A stretch of 64,000 nucleotides of DNA from a virus (IMGVR_UViG_3300021399_000002:64001-128000), one strand, 5' to 3'; counted from the stretch's first letter, positions 7,218 through 17,390 are shown. Numbers and translations are program-made. The notes: a model not told the origin generated them from the sequence alone.

Positions 7218-7852
7218 TTACAGTGAGCGAGATTTTCTTTACCAGCGACACCCACTTTGGGCACCAGCCTGAGTTCCTTTGGAAACCCAGAGGTTTTTCT
7301 TCTGTCGAAGAAATGGATGAAGCTATTATTGAAAATTGGAATAAAGTAGTTAAGCCCACAGATATTGTATACCATCTTGGAGATACGATGCTTAACGATA
7401 ATGTACATGGACTTGAATGTTTCAGGCGGCTAAATGGGCAGATTTTTCTTATTTATGGAAATCATGAAAGCGACGCTAGAAAGAACCTACTTTTCACTGA
7501 GCTTCCTGGTAAAATGCTCGGTGGCTGGTATGCCTGGCTTATCAAGTATGGTAAACTTTCTATCTACATGAGCCATTATCCTTCGATTACAAGTAATTAT
7601 GACCAGAAACATTTTAACCAGCATGTATTGAGCCTTCATGGACATACTCATCAGAGAACTAATTGGCTTGATCCGAAAAATCCTTTCCTCTATCATGTCG
7701 GTCTAGATTCTCATAATAATACTCCCGTCCATATTGATGAAGTAATCACAGATATTCGTCAGCGTTGGGATGAAATTGGCCGTCTACCAGTACCAGTTCA
7801 GCCACAAGACACCTATCCATATGGAGGGCTTATAAATGAAAATAGAGCGTGA
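7214..7852 (+). CDS. calcineurin-like metallophosphoesterase
   Basis: SDTHFGH, LGD, GNHE, HYP, HGHTH. Confidence 0.9.
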   Translation: MITVSEIFFTSDTHFGHQPEFLWKPRGFSSVEEMDEAIIENWNKVVKPTDIVYHLGDTMLNDNVHGLECFRRLNGQIFLIYGNHESDARKNLLFTELPGKMLGGWYAWLIKYGKLSIYMSHYPSITSNYDQKHFNQHVLSLHGHTHQRTNWLDPKNPFLYHVGLDSHNNTPVHIDEVITDIRQRWDEIGRLPVPVQPQDTYPYGGLINENRA

Positions 7853-8249
7853 ACTTGTTCCTGTTAAAAAATATGAAACCGTTTATGTCGCTCAAGATGG
7901 TACTCGCTTTTATAATAGAGCCAGCGCAATTAGGCATGATGCTATAACTTTCGCAGGTACTCGTTGTGTTAAACAAGATAGCATAAAATTGCCAGATAAT
8001 GAAACTTGGATGAGAGTTTTTAATATTACATGCCAAGAAGATTGGGATTATTTATACTATACAGAATGGGAACAAAATATTTTTTGTGATCAATATACTG
8101 GCCCTAGTTGGTATGGCTCTATTAAGCATGAAGGCATTGATGATGCTGATAGTTATGAAATTATAAAAATTGATTCTAACTATTTAAAGAAATATGAAGA
8201 TTATATTAAAGAACTTAAAGATTTGACTTTATCCAAATCTATGGTATAA
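7836..8249 (+). CDS. hypothetical protein
   Basis: GGAGG RBS. Confidence 0.7.
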   Translation: MKIERELVPVKKYETVYVAQDGTRFYNRASAIRHDAITFAGTRCVKQDSIKLPDNETWMRVFNITCQEDWDYLYYTEWEQNIFCDQYTGPSWYGSIKHEGIDDADSYEIIKIDSNYLKKYEDYIKELKDLTLSKSMV

Positions 8250-8250
8250 T
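8223..8250 (+). promoter_or_regulatory. sigmaA-type promoter (gives a ~120-nt leader)
   Basis: TTGACT-16-TATAAT with TG. Confidence 0.7.
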
Positions 8251-8375
8251 AATTATGTTAGAAGATAATAAGTGCTTAATTGGGTCACCATGCAAGCATT
8301 GTAATCCTTTAATATGCACATTTTATAAACACTCTTACAGTCGTGTCAACGACCAAGATGAAAAGGAGAATGAAA

Positions 8376-9884
8376 ATGAACGAACTGCTAAAGAATCTAA
8401 AGGAACATGAAAATGTAACTTATACTGCTAATGGCGCGAAAGCCTATCATTCTACCATGTCTAAGGTATATGACCTTTTCGCGCAAGGCGGAGCTATGCG
8501 TGGTGCATCCGATAGTGATTGCGTTGCTCTATTCGCGGCCGCTTATAAGGAAGATCCTTCCCTGGCCCTAAAATGCCTATTCTGGCTTCGTGATATTCGC
8601 GGCGGCCAAGGAGAACGGCGCTTTTTCCGTATTTGTCTGCAATGGCTGGCAATGAACCATAAAGATGAGGCATGTCATCTAATTCCGCTTGTATCTGAAT
8701 ATGGGCGTTATGATGACCTATTCGAGCTATTCAATACTCCATGTGAGTCTGAAATGCTTGGATATATTAAGTATGTAATTGATAAGAATGAAGATCATCT
8801 TGTATATAAATGGATGCCTTCTATCAATACATCTTCTAAGAATACACAAGCTCGTGGACGCAAGATTGCTTATGAATTTGGAATGACTGAACGCGAGTAT
8901 CGTAAGATGCTTTCTGAAGGGCGTAAAGCCTGTAATCTTGTTGAAACTCTAATGAGTCAAAATCGTTGGGATGAAATTGCTTTTAATAAGCTTCCTTCTC
9001 GCGCTGGTATTCTGTATTCAAAGGCATTCGCACACAGAGAAGAAACTAAAGAACGCTATGCTGCTTTTATGTCTTCTGATAAGACTAAGGTAAATGCCGG
9101 AACTCTATATCCTTATGATGTAGTAAAGAAAGCGCGCGAAGTTATGGGCAATTATTATGGTTGGTATAGCCCTAGGCCTAATGTGTCTCTAAATGATACT
9201 AATCGTCTCGCCGCAAACAAGTATTGGGACAATCTAACCGATTATTTCAATGGCGCAACGCTAAATGCACTATGTGTCTGTGATACAAGTAGCAGTATGC
9301 TAAGTGGTTATGGCAGTGTAGCTCCTATTGATGTAGCTATTTCTCTATCTCTATATACAGCCGAGCGGGCAAAAGGCCCATTCCATAATCACTTTATTAG
9401 CTTTAGCTCGCGGCCGCAGCTTATTGAAGTTGAAGGCGCAGATTTCTGCGATAAAGTATATCGTATTTATCGTCGGAATCTATGTGAAAATACGAATATT
9501 GAAGCTACTTTTGATCTAATTCTACAAACTGCTATTAATAATCATCTTTCTCAGGATGATCTACCAGAAACACTAATTGTAGTGAGTGATATGCAGTTTG
9601 ATTATGGGCGTACAAGTACACGCTATAGCGGAACTACGCTTATGGAAAAGATTGAAAGTAAGTGGAACTCTTATGGATACAAGATGCCAAAGCTTATTTA
9701 TTGGAATGTTAATGCGTCCGGCGATGGAAATATTCCAATGAAGGATAAAGATGGCATTACATTCGTGAGCGGCGCATCTCCTTCTATTTTTACTCAAATT
9801 ATGACTGGAAAAACAGGTGTTGATCTTATGTTTGAGGCACTCCTAAGTGAACGCTATAAGCCTGTATATTCCATTATTACATAA
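8376..9884 (+). CDS. DUF2828-family TROVE/Ro60-like protein with C-terminal vWA domain
   Basis: LRDIRGGQGERR, YGRYDDL, KWMP; vWA motifs CDTSSSM, VSDMQFD, IYWNV, VSG.SP. Confidence 0.8.
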   Translation: MNELLKNLKEHENVTYTANGAKAYHSTMSKVYDLFAQGGAMRGASDSDCVALFAAAYKEDPSLALKCLFWLRDIRGGQGERRFFRICLQWLAMNHKDEACHLIPLVSEYGRYDDLFELFNTPCESEMLGYIKYVIDKNEDHLVYKWMPSINTSSKNTQARGRKIAYEFGMTEREYRKMLSEGRKACNLVETLMSQNRWDEIAFNKLPSRAGILYSKAFAHREETKERYAAFMSSDKTKVNAGTLYPYDVVKKAREVMGNYYGWYSPRPNVSLNDTNRLAANKYWDNLTDYFNGATLNALCVCDTSSSMLSGYGSVAPIDVAISLSLYTAERAKGPFHNHFISFSSRPQLIEVEGADFCDKVYRIYRRNLCENTNIEATFDLILQTAINNHLSQDDLPETLIVVSDMQFDYGRTSTRYSGTTLMEKIESKWNSYGYKMPKLIYWNVNASGDGNIPMKDKDGITFVSGASPSIFTQIMTGKTGVDLMFEALLSERYKPVYSIIT

Positions 9885-9905
9885 CCTTTTCTTCCTCTTC
9901 ATAAT

Positions 9906-9951
9906 GTCAAGCAATTTATTGCTTGACTTTTTTCTTAATTTCATGTATAAT
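9906..9951 (+). promoter_or_regulatory. fused terminator and promoter
   Basis: GTCAAGCAAT/ATTGCTTGAC hairpin plus T-tract; its TTGACT is 17 bp from TATAAT. Confidence 0.75.
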
Positions 9952-9974
9952 TATTATAGTAAGGAGGTAAGAGT

Positions 9975-10733
9975 ATGGAAATTATGCAAGTAGTTAAAAT
10001 GCATCATGATTTTATTAAAGAATTAGGTTATGAAGTTGTTATGACCGTTTTGATCGGGTCACAAAATTATGCATTAGATAATGATAATAGTGATTATGAT
10101 ACATTTACTTTTATTCTTCCTTCTGAACGCGATTTATATCTTGGAAATGATCCAATAAGTGGAGAATTTGAAGTATACGATGGTAAATGTGTGTATAAAG
10201 ATATTCGGCTTGCTCTTAACTTACTTAAAAAAACTTCTCCTAATAGTCTTGAATGTTTTGTTAGTAAGTATCATTATTATGAACCAAAATATGCTAACAT
10301 TTTAACAAAGTATTTAGATAATGAGAATACATTAAATAAAATGCTTCATTGTAATTATGAGCATATGTTATATGCTATGGCCGGCATGGCACATCAACTT
10401 ACTAAGCGTAATATGTCCGCTGGTAAGCGTTATTCACATGCATTGCGGCTTTATAGTATGAAAGATAGTTTCTTAGATTTCGTTAAAACTGATCAATTAC
10501 TTAAACTATTACCACGCGATTATCAAGAAGCACTTCATGCAAAGCGTGATACTTTGGAATCACATGATGCATACTATAATAATGGATGTGTAAGTATCGC
10601 AAATATTTTAGATAGCTGTCGTGATGAATTTAAAAAGACTCTTATTCAGCACGCAATTGAAGTAGAAGGGTTTAAACTAATTGAAGAAATGCAGCAAGAA
10701 TTGATGCATTATTATATTAAATATATTTTATAA
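9975..10733 (+). CDS. Pol-beta-type nucleotidyltransferase (YcgL/RlaP-like)
   Basis: GSQNYALD...SDYD motif, K.SPN.LE. Confidence 0.75.
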   Translation: MEIMQVVKMHHDFIKELGYEVVMTVLIGSQNYALDNDNSDYDTFTFILPSERDLYLGNDPISGEFEVYDGKCVYKDIRLALNLLKKTSPNSLECFVSKYHYYEPKYANILTKYLDNENTLNKMLHCNYEHMLYAMAGMAHQLTKRNMSAGKRYSHALRLYSMKDSFLDFVKTDQLLKLLPRDYQEALHAKRDTLESHDAYYNNGCVSIANILDSCRDEFKKTLIQHAIEVEGFKLIEEMQQELMHYYIKYIL

Positions 10734-10744
10734 AAGGAGACATA

Positions 10745-11149
10745 ATGGATCTAAAAATTCACAATGGGATGCGCGTCCTATATAAACACAATGGACAATG
10801 GTGCGTTGGGAAACTTACAAATCAAATGCCGCCAAAACTTACTGAAAAGGGATTGTTTGTATTTGTTATTCCTAAAGATTATATGGATGCTGAAGAAGTA
10901 CCATATTTACATGATGTAGAAATTAATGATTTGTTTCTAGAAGCGATCCCAGTAGAAGATTGGATGGCGCAATATGGCTATCTAATGCCGAAAGAAGAAT
11001 ATATTAAATTCATTCAAAGCGATGAATTTGATAAAAACATTGAGCACGCATATGTATCAGATGGAGAATATTATTACTATAATGTCAATAAATACTCAGA
11101 ACAATGGTTAAATAAACAGCCATTTGACTATATTGTACGAGAAGAATAA
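10745..11149 (+). CDS. hypothetical protein
   Basis: AAGGAG RBS. Confidence 0.7.
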   Translation: MDLKIHNGMRVLYKHNGQWCVGKLTNQMPPKLTEKGLFVFVIPKDYMDAEEVPYLHDVEINDLFLEAIPVEDWMAQYGYLMPKEEYIKFIQSDEFDKNIEHAYVSDGEYYYYNVNKYSEQWLNKQPFDYIVREE

Positions 11150-11367
11150 TGTGGAATAAAAAAAGAATAGAAGAAAAAGATATCCCTCTAATTATTTCAC
11201 AAGGAATGGAAATGGTTAAACAGGGTAATGAATTAGTAGAACAAATTCGATGTATATATAAGCTTGAAAATGATAATATAATTTATATGATGTCACTTTT
11301 AGATTATATAGATAATCTTCCTCAAAATAAAATTATAGAATTTTGGCTTTGTCAAATGGTTAATTAA
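11149..11367 (+). CDS. hypothetical protein
   Basis: TAATG overlap. Confidence 0.6.
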   Translation: MWNKKRIEEKDIPLIISQGMEMVKQGNELVEQIRCIYKLENDNIIYMMSLLDYIDNLPQNKIIEFWLCQMVN

Positions 11368-11402
11368 TAACCATTTGACTTTTTTTTAATTTATGATATA
11401 AT
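11351..11402 (+). promoter_or_regulatory. fused terminator and promoter
   Basis: GTCAAATGGTTA/TAACCATTTGAC hairpin plus T8; TTGACT-16-TATAAT. Confidence 0.75.
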
Positions 11403-11420
11403 TTAATAAAAGGAGGGAAG

Positions 11421-12140
11421 ATGATGCCTACTGCAAAAACATATGAAAATTTTCCTTTGGATGGTGAACCTTTTAAAGAAAATGGTCGTATGTATGTTAA
11501 TATTACCACGCCCAAAGGAATTAAAAAAGTAAGATGGTATTCTGATGCTGAATATCAAAAAATGTATCCAGAAGTTACAGCAATTAATGATTTTAATGCT
11601 AATTATGCTTTTGGCTTTAGGGAAGAAGGATTTATTACTTTATATAAAGGCGATGAAGATGCAATTCGTAATTGGGCACAAGCAGAGTGGCCGCCGAAGG
11701 CTTGGTATAATACTTTATTTCATTTTTATACTCCAGGCTTTATGCCAATTACTAATCTTCCAAATACTATAACTCCTATTAAATTAACTTGGGATGAAGT
11801 TAAATTAAATGAAACACAAATGAAAGATGATAATGAAATAGAAAAATATGTTATGGCACGCATTACTGGTTTGGATCATTTTACAAGTGAGTTTCAGGGA
11901 GAAAAAGATACATGGTTGGAAAAAGAAGTTACTATTAGTAAAAATACAAAAAGTGAAAACTATTTTGGTGAAAAGCATACGCATATTATGCATGATGCCG
12001 AAGGTAATATATATGTATGGGAAACAGGCGCCAAAAATTTTGAAGTTGGTATGGTTATTAAATTAAAGATGAAAGTAAAAGCGCACAAAGAAATTAATGG
12101 AGAGAAATGTACTGTTGTTTGGTACTGTAAAGAAATATGA
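11421..12140 (+). CDS. hypothetical protein (possible C-terminal OB fold)
   Basis: AGGAGG RBS, 239 aa. Confidence 0.7.
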   Translation: MMPTAKTYENFPLDGEPFKENGRMYVNITTPKGIKKVRWYSDAEYQKMYPEVTAINDFNANYAFGFREEGFITLYKGDEDAIRNWAQAEWPPKAWYNTLFHFYTPGFMPITNLPNTITPIKLTWDEVKLNETQMKDDNEIEKYVMARITGLDHFTSEFQGEKDTWLEKEVTISKNTKSENYFGEKHTHIMHDAEGNIYVWETGAKNFEVGMVIKLKMKVKAHKEINGEKCTVVWYCKEI

Positions 12141-12346
12141 AACTATTAAATCAACGGTATTTTGGCCTGATTGCTCGATGTAATTTTGGATGCGGAGCAT
12201 TAATTGGATATGAGCCAAAAGATGTTTCAGATAATCAAACTATTACATGCCCACAATGCGGTGCGCGATTATGGGTACCATTTAATCCAACTTATGATGG
12301 CATAATTAAAGAAGAGGAGAAAAAGAAAGATGAAACTGTGGTTTGA
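12137..12346 (+). CDS. small Zn-ribbon protein
   Basis: CxxxC...CPQCG. Confidence 0.6.
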   Translation: MKLLNQRYFGLIARCNFGCGALIGYEPKDVSDNQTITCPQCGARLWVPFNPTYDGIIKEEEKKKDETVV

Positions 12347-12560
12347 AAATCGCTTTGGTGAACAACGAGAAATTGCTATTTGCGCTACTAATGAAGATAT
12401 ATATAAAGCTATTAATGCCTTTATTAATCGGGCTAATGCCGCAAAACCAAAAGGATCTACTCCATTTAAAAGTCATTATATTAGAACTTGGGAGCAAGAT
12501 GGAAAAACTTGGTATGATGTAGGAAGTCATGCAGAATTCTTTTTTACGACTAATAATTAA
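12330..12560 (+). CDS. hypothetical protein
   Basis: ORF with YDVGSH.EFF C-terminus. Confidence 0.7.
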   Translation: MKLWFENRFGEQREIAICATNEDIYKAINAFINRANAAKPKGSTPFKSHYIRTWEQDGKTWYDVGSHAEFFFTTNN

Positions 12561-12570
12561 AGAGGTTAAG

Positions 12571-12837
12571 ATGATTACTTCTGCTGCAGTTCGTATTTAT
12601 GATAAACGACAAAATAAAGAAATTATTTTACCTGTACATCGCCATTGTGATGTATTTTATATCCTAAAAGAACTTGGCTATTCTAAAAATGATTTTATAA
12701 GTAATCTAAATGACCAAGGTTTTCTTGATGAAAATGGAAATTTTTATAATAGGATTGATGCGAAACTTCACGCTCTTATGTGTAAACAAATTGAACATAC
12801 TGAATATGCAGAATTATATTCGGAGGATTTATATTAA
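12571..12837 (+). CDS. hypothetical phage protein
   Basis: GAGGT RBS; QGFL..G.F..R..A and LYSEDL pattern. Confidence 0.7.
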   Translation: MITSAAVRIYDKRQNKEIILPVHRHCDVFYILKELGYSKNDFISNLNDQGFLDENGNFYNRIDAKLHALMCKQIEHTEYAELYSEDLY

Positions 12838-13052
12838 TGAGTAATGAATTTAAAGATTATTTATATGATAAGATATGCGAAGTTGTCCTTGACTCTGGCG
12901 CGATGGATAAAATTGAACAAGTTTGCGGCATTTCATACTCTATTCGCAATTATGTTTACGGACGCAAGAATGGGCAGAAAGTGGCCCTAATGGTTTGGTT
13001 TGATAATGATACTGGCGAATGGCGAATTGAACATAGGGAGACGGATAAATGA
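12837..13052 (+). CDS. hypothetical protein
   Basis: GGAGG RBS, TAATG overlap. Confidence 0.65.
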   Translation: MSNEFKDYLYDKICEVVLDSGAMDKIEQVCGISYSIRNYVYGRKNGQKVALMVWFDNDTGEWRIEHRETDK

Positions 13053-13294
13053 AGAGAATTATCGCTATTATACTTTGTTTTATGTTATGTATTTTACTTG
13101 CAGGATGTACTCAAGTAAGTAAATCTGAAAATTCTACTATTCATAGTTATGCTATGATTATAATGCCCAATGGTTCAATTATTGAAGGCGAGTGTATCGC
13201 TTTTACTCGTATTTCTAGCGGTTATGCAATGGTAAAAATTGATGGAGTTAAATATTATACTAATGAATGGCGTATTGTGATTTGGGAAAAGTAA
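13049..13294 (+). CDS. lipoprotein
   Basis: Signal peptide with LLAGC lipobox. Confidence 0.75.
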   Translation: MKRIIAIILCFMLCILLAGCTQVSKSENSTIHSYAMIIMPNGSIIEGECIAFTRISSGYAMVKIDGVKYYTNEWRIVIWEK

Positions 13295-13297
13295 TAT

Positions 13298-13325
13298 TTG
13301 ACAATTCTTAAATTTATGATATAAT
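13298..13325 (+). promoter_or_regulatory. sigmaA-type promoter
   Basis: TTGACA-16-TATAAT with TG. Confidence 0.75.
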
Positions 13326-13358
13326 TATTACATAAGAAAAAGAGAAAGGATGATTTAA

Positions 13359-14612
13359 ATGCTGAATAAAAATCAAGAGCGTGAACTTGCCTATGTAGTT
13401 TTGATTGATGGCATTGAACCAATCCCCGGCTATGACCGTGTAGAACATGCAATTGTTGGCGGCTGGCGAGTAATCGTTCAGAAAGGTCAATTTAATGTTG
13501 GAGACCCTGCTATTTATTTTGAAATTGATTCTCGTGTTCCTTCTGATAAGGAATGTTTTGCTTTCCTTGAGAAGCGTAATTATAAAGTTAAGACCTTGAA
13601 GATGTGTAAAACTATTTCTCAAGGCTTGCTTATGCACGCAAGTGATTTTGGATGGACTATTGAAAATAAAATTACTCCGGACGCTTATGGAACTCGCGCA
13701 ATTGATACTAGCGTTGCAATTATTGATGATGAAGGTCAAATTCATCGCGCAACCGATGAATCCCGCTTCCTGACTAAGAAACTGGGAATAACTTATGCTG
13801 ATGATGAAGATAACCAGCGTAAAGCCGCACCTGTAGATAAATATAAGAAAATGGCTTCACGCCATCAGAAACTCTTTAAGAAGCCTTTCATTCGCTGGAT
13901 GATGCATCGTGAATGGGGTCGTAAGGTTATGTTCTTCTTCTTTGGAAAGAAAAAGGATAAGAAAAATGGATGGCCTTCTTGGGTATCTAAAACTGACGAA
14001 GAACGCGTGCAGAATATGCCTTGGATTCTTACCAATGATGAAAAGTGGATTGCTACTGAAAAGATTGATGGCACCTCAACTACCTTTACTATGAAGCGTA
14101 GCAAGTTTGGTAAGAAAGAACTATATGTATGCTCGCGTAATGTATGCTTTGATAGCATTGAGAAGCCTTGCTTCTACGATAGCAATGTATATTGGGAAAT
14201 GGCACAAAAGTATGATATTTTCAATGTACTTGCTCAAATGCTTAATGAGCATCCACAGGAAGAGTGGATTACTATTCAGGGCGAAACTTACGGTGCTGGC
14301 GTACAGCAGCGTGAATACTCTATTCCTGATCACGATTTTGCCGCTTTCAACCTAATCTTCTCAACTCAGGGAAGAGTTGGAACGAAGCAGATGATTGGTA
14401 CACTTACTCCTTGTGGAATTCCATGTGTTCCTGTGATTGAAGATGAAATGTATATCAATCAATTTGAAAATGTTGATGCTATTCTTGCATATGCTGAAGG
14501 TAATTCACAGCTGGACGGTCAACCACGCGAAGGCATTGTATTCCGTACTCTTGATGGCACCAAGTCTTTTAAGGCGGTGAGCAACAGCTTTTTGCTGAAA
14601 TATCATGGCTAA
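13359..14612 (+). CDS. ATP-dependent RNA ligase, DRB0094/Rnl5-like, with N-terminal OB domain
   Basis: I.PIPG.DR.E and YFEIDS N-domain; KTDEERVQN, EKIDGTS, QGE, REGIVF, FKAVSN. Confidence 0.85.
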   Translation: MLNKNQERELAYVVLIDGIEPIPGYDRVEHAIVGGWRVIVQKGQFNVGDPAIYFEIDSRVPSDKECFAFLEKRNYKVKTLKMCKTISQGLLMHASDFGWTIENKITPDAYGTRAIDTSVAIIDDEGQIHRATDESRFLTKKLGITYADDEDNQRKAAPVDKYKKMASRHQKLFKKPFIRWMMHREWGRKVMFFFFGKKKDKKNGWPSWVSKTDEERVQNMPWILTNDEKWIATEKIDGTSTTFTMKRSKFGKKELYVCSRNVCFDSIEKPCFYDSNVYWEMAQKYDIFNVLAQMLNEHPQEEWITIQGETYGAGVQQREYSIPDHDFAAFNLIFSTQGRVGTKQMIGTLTPCGIPCVPVIEDEMYINQFENVDAILAYAEGNSQLDGQPREGIVFRTLDGTKSFKAVSNSFLLKYHG

Positions 14613-14622
14613 GGAGTAAATA

Positions 14623-14889
14623 ATGAAAATTACTTTTGACAGTTTGCCAGATATTATTTGGGGTACGATGTATGGAGAGCATTGTACAGATAAAGATGCT
14701 ATTATTTTACCTATTAAGAAATCACAGCTTCATAAAACAGTCTCTGATGATAGCGTTATTTATATTTGGGGATGGCCTGGCCCAGATAGTAATATATATA
14801 ATTATAGTGACTATGGGGAGACTTGGGCCTTTACTCCAGAAGAATTATCTCCTGCTAGAAAATACGAGGATGTATATGGAAAAGGCTGA
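14623..14889 (+). CDS. hypothetical protein
   Basis: AAGGAG RBS; DYG.TWA.T.EEL. Confidence 0.7.
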   Translation: MKITFDSLPDIIWGTMYGEHCTDKDAIILPIKKSQLHKTVSDDSVIYIWGWPGPDSNIYNYSDYGETWAFTPEELSPARKYEDVYGKG

Positions 14890-15079
14890 AGTAATTAAAT
14901 ATCTCAAAATTGAACGCGAATGCATTAGCCGTGATTGTGATCGCAATTGCGGCCAATGCGACTTAGTTCAAGAACAAGAAACACTATTGGACGCATATGA
15001 TAGCGCAATTTCGCTATTAAGTATAAACCCAGAAGATAAAGATGATAATACTAAATGGAATAAGGAGTGGATTAAGTGA
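14876..15079 (+). CDS. small Cys-rich protein
   Basis: GAGG RBS; C..RDCDRNC..CDL. Confidence 0.6.
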   Translation: MEKAEVIKYLKIERECISRDCDRNCGQCDLVQEQETLLDAYDSAISLLSINPEDKDDNTKWNKEWIK

Positions 15080-15405
15080 TAGAAAAATTACTAGGAAAAA
15101 TATCGAATGTTAGGTTTGGTTTTATTCCAGATTATCCTTTTCTATTTGGATTAGATTTAACATTTAAATTATCTGATAACACCGTCATAGGTACAGGTGG
15201 AAAATATACTGTTAATATATCTGAGGCTTGCAAATGGTCAGAAGAAGAGAAAAATGCTGCATTAATTGATATGATAAATCAAATCATAAAAGTTATGGAA
15301 GATGCTAAGATAATTAATATAAGTGATTTAAAAAATAAACCTGTTGAAGTTACTATTGATCGGAATACTTTTAAAGATTTTAGAATTTTAATTGAAGTAC
15401 TATAA
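15076..15405 (+). CDS. hypothetical protein
   Basis: AAGGAG RBS, GTGA overlap. Confidence 0.7.
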   Translation: MIEKLLGKISNVRFGFIPDYPFLFGLDLTFKLSDNTVIGTGGKYTVNISEACKWSEEEKNAALIDMINQIIKVMEDAKIINISDLKNKPVEVTIDRNTFKDFRILIEVL

Positions 15406-15417
15406 GGAGTGGATAAA

Positions 15418-15558
15418 ATGAGCGAGCATACTAAATACCTAAGATAGTTATATCGTTGTAATCTACTAAAAGCACGAGGAGAAGAAGTAAATCGTGGTAT
15501 TATTGGAAAGCTAAATAGAAAAATTCGTAAATATGAGGAGAATGTAAAATATGTCTAA
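15418..15558 (+). CDS. small basic protein (one TAG=Gln)
   Basis: AAGGAG RBS; fills the gap only under code 15. Confidence 0.55.
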
Positions 15559-16489
15559 ATTAATTATTGGAATTATTATTTTAATTGGCGGTTTAATTCT
15601 ATCAAATATTTTAAAAAATGAGTATGGCGGACGACCATTCGCAATTATTGAACGATTAATTAGTTGTGTTTTAGGTATAGCTTTTATTTGTGCATCATGT
15701 ATTTCATATGTACCTACTGGCTATACAGGAATTGTAACTACATTTGGTAAAGTCCATAATGAGACACTTGATGCTGGTATTAATTTTCATGCCCCATGGG
15801 ATACTGTAATTAAGATGGATAATCGTGAACAGCGTGAATCTTTTACACTTGAAGCTTTTTCTAAAGATATTCAGCAAGTCGGGGTTCAAGGTAGTGTAAA
15901 CTATAATATTGATAAGGTTACCGCAATGAATCTTTATAGGGATGTTGGAGCAGAATATCCTACTATTTTAATTAAGCCTCGTATTCAAGAAGATGTAAAG
16001 ATTGTAATTGCTAAATATACTGCCGAAAATCTTATTGAAAATCGGCAGGCTATGTCTGATACTATTTTTGAGCTATTAAAGGCAGAACTCGCGCCAAAGG
16101 GTATTAATATGATTTCTTTGGCTATTGAAAATGTAGATTTTACAGATGTATTTGAAGCAGCGGTAGAAGCTAAACAGGTCGCTACTCAGGAGAAACAGCG
16201 TGCTCAAACTCTACAGGAACAGCAAACTATGGAAGAAGAGCAGAAAGCTGAGCGTGCTCGCATCGCCGCTCAAGCCGAAGCTGATGTAAAGAAAATCGAA
16301 GCTGATGCAGAAGCCTATGCTATTCGCGCAAAAGCAGAAGCAGAATCAGAAGCTAATACAAAATTAAATGCTTCTCTTACTTCTGAATTGATTGAATATA
16401 ATAAAATTCTCAAATGGACTGGTGAACTACCACGCTTCTTTGGTGGAGGAAATACGCTACCAATTCTAAATATGGCCGAGGCTGAATAA
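15551..16489 (+). CDS. SPFH/Band-7/prohibitin-family membrane protein
   Basis: Two N-terminal TM helices, VPTG..GIV..FGKV, SKDIQ, Ala/Glu coiled coil. Confidence 0.9.
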   Translation: MSKLIIGIIILIGGLILSNILKNEYGGRPFAIIERLISCVLGIAFICASCISYVPTGYTGIVTTFGKVHNETLDAGINFHAPWDTVIKMDNREQRESFTLEAFSKDIQQVGVQGSVNYNIDKVTAMNLYRDVGAEYPTILIKPRIQEDVKIVIAKYTAENLIENRQAMSDTIFELLKAELAPKGINMISLAIENVDFTDVFEAAVEAKQVATQEKQRAQTLQEQQTMEEEQKAERARIAAQAEADVKKIEADAEAYAIRAKAEAESEANTKLNASLTSELIEYNKILKWTGELPRFFGGGNTLPILNMAEAE

Positions 16490-16505
16490 GCCTCGGTTTT
16501 TTATT

Positions 16506-16533
16506 TTGACTTTTTTTTAATTTATGATATAAT
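16506..16533 (+). promoter_or_regulatory. sigmaA-type promoter
   Basis: TTGACT-16-TATAAT with TG. Confidence 0.7.
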
Positions 16534-16556
16534 TATAATAGAGGAGGGGAGAGATA

Positions 16557-17390
16557 ATGAAAGATATCCATTGTTTTTCAGATATTCATGGAGTATGGGC
16601 TTTATATAAAGCTATTATGGATTATTGTCAGAAACAAGACTCAGAAGGAACAATTTTATTCTTAGGTGACGCTATTGACCGTGGCCCCGATGGTTATAGG
16701 ATTATGAAAGAATTGCTTAATAATCCACGCGTAATATACTTAATGGGCAATCATGAAGATATGTTTACAAAAGCCGCACGACAAATTAAAGAAATGTTTA
16801 ATTTTGAAAATGCAGAACGAGCTAAAGTAAAAACTGTACTTTCCGCATGTAAAAATTTTGATTATAAATACGCAGCTATTCAAGATTCACTTTATAATGG
16901 CGGTATGCCCACTCTACTAGATTGGGTTATGGACGGAATGCCAATGGATCTAATTGAACGTATTGAAAAATTACCTCATACTTTTAGTTATGAAAATTTG
17001 GATTTTTGCCATAGTGGTGGATTATATACTACTTTTAAACGAGTGGCAGATTGTGAATATGATATGTCTCCTATAGATCAATATGATGCAGATGCAATTA
17101 TTTGGAATAGATCTGCTTTAGATATCGGATGGGCGCCGGATCGTACTGTAATTTTTGGTCACACTCCAGTACCATACTTACCGGATTTTGCTAATGTTAA
17201 AGTGGATAAAATCTGTCCAATAAAATATGCTCCAACTACTAATCCTGTATATACTGGAGATAAATTGGATATAGATACTGGTGCAGTATTTACTGGAATT
17301 GCTTATGTTTTGAATATTTTAACTATGAAAGCACAAGGGTTTGAATTGAAAGATAATCAGGTTGAAAAAATTGAAGTGATTCAATTTTAA
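16557..17390 (+). CDS. Ser/Thr protein phosphatase-like metallophosphoesterase
   Basis: SDIHG, GDAIDRG, GNHE, FGHTP, IDTGA. Confidence 0.9.
   Translation: MKDIHCFSDIHGVWALYKAIMDYCQKQDSEGTILFLGDAIDRGPDGYRIMKELLNNPRVIYLMGNHEDMFTKAARQIKEMFNFENAERAKVKTVLSACKNFDYKYAAIQDSLYNGGMPTLLDWVMDGMPMDLIERIEKLPHTFSYENLDFCHSGGLYTTFKRVADCEYDMSPIDQYDADAIIWNRSALDIGWAPDRTVIFGHTPVPYLPDFANVKVDKICPIKYAPTTNPVYTGDKLDIDTGAVFTGIAYVLNILTMKAQGFELKDNQVEKIEVIQF

Noticed and set aside
8255-8360. ACAGCAA-type autoregulatory site in the DUF2828 leader (ACAC..TTACAGTC..GTGT)
   Set aside because: The match is too degenerate to support without homologues.
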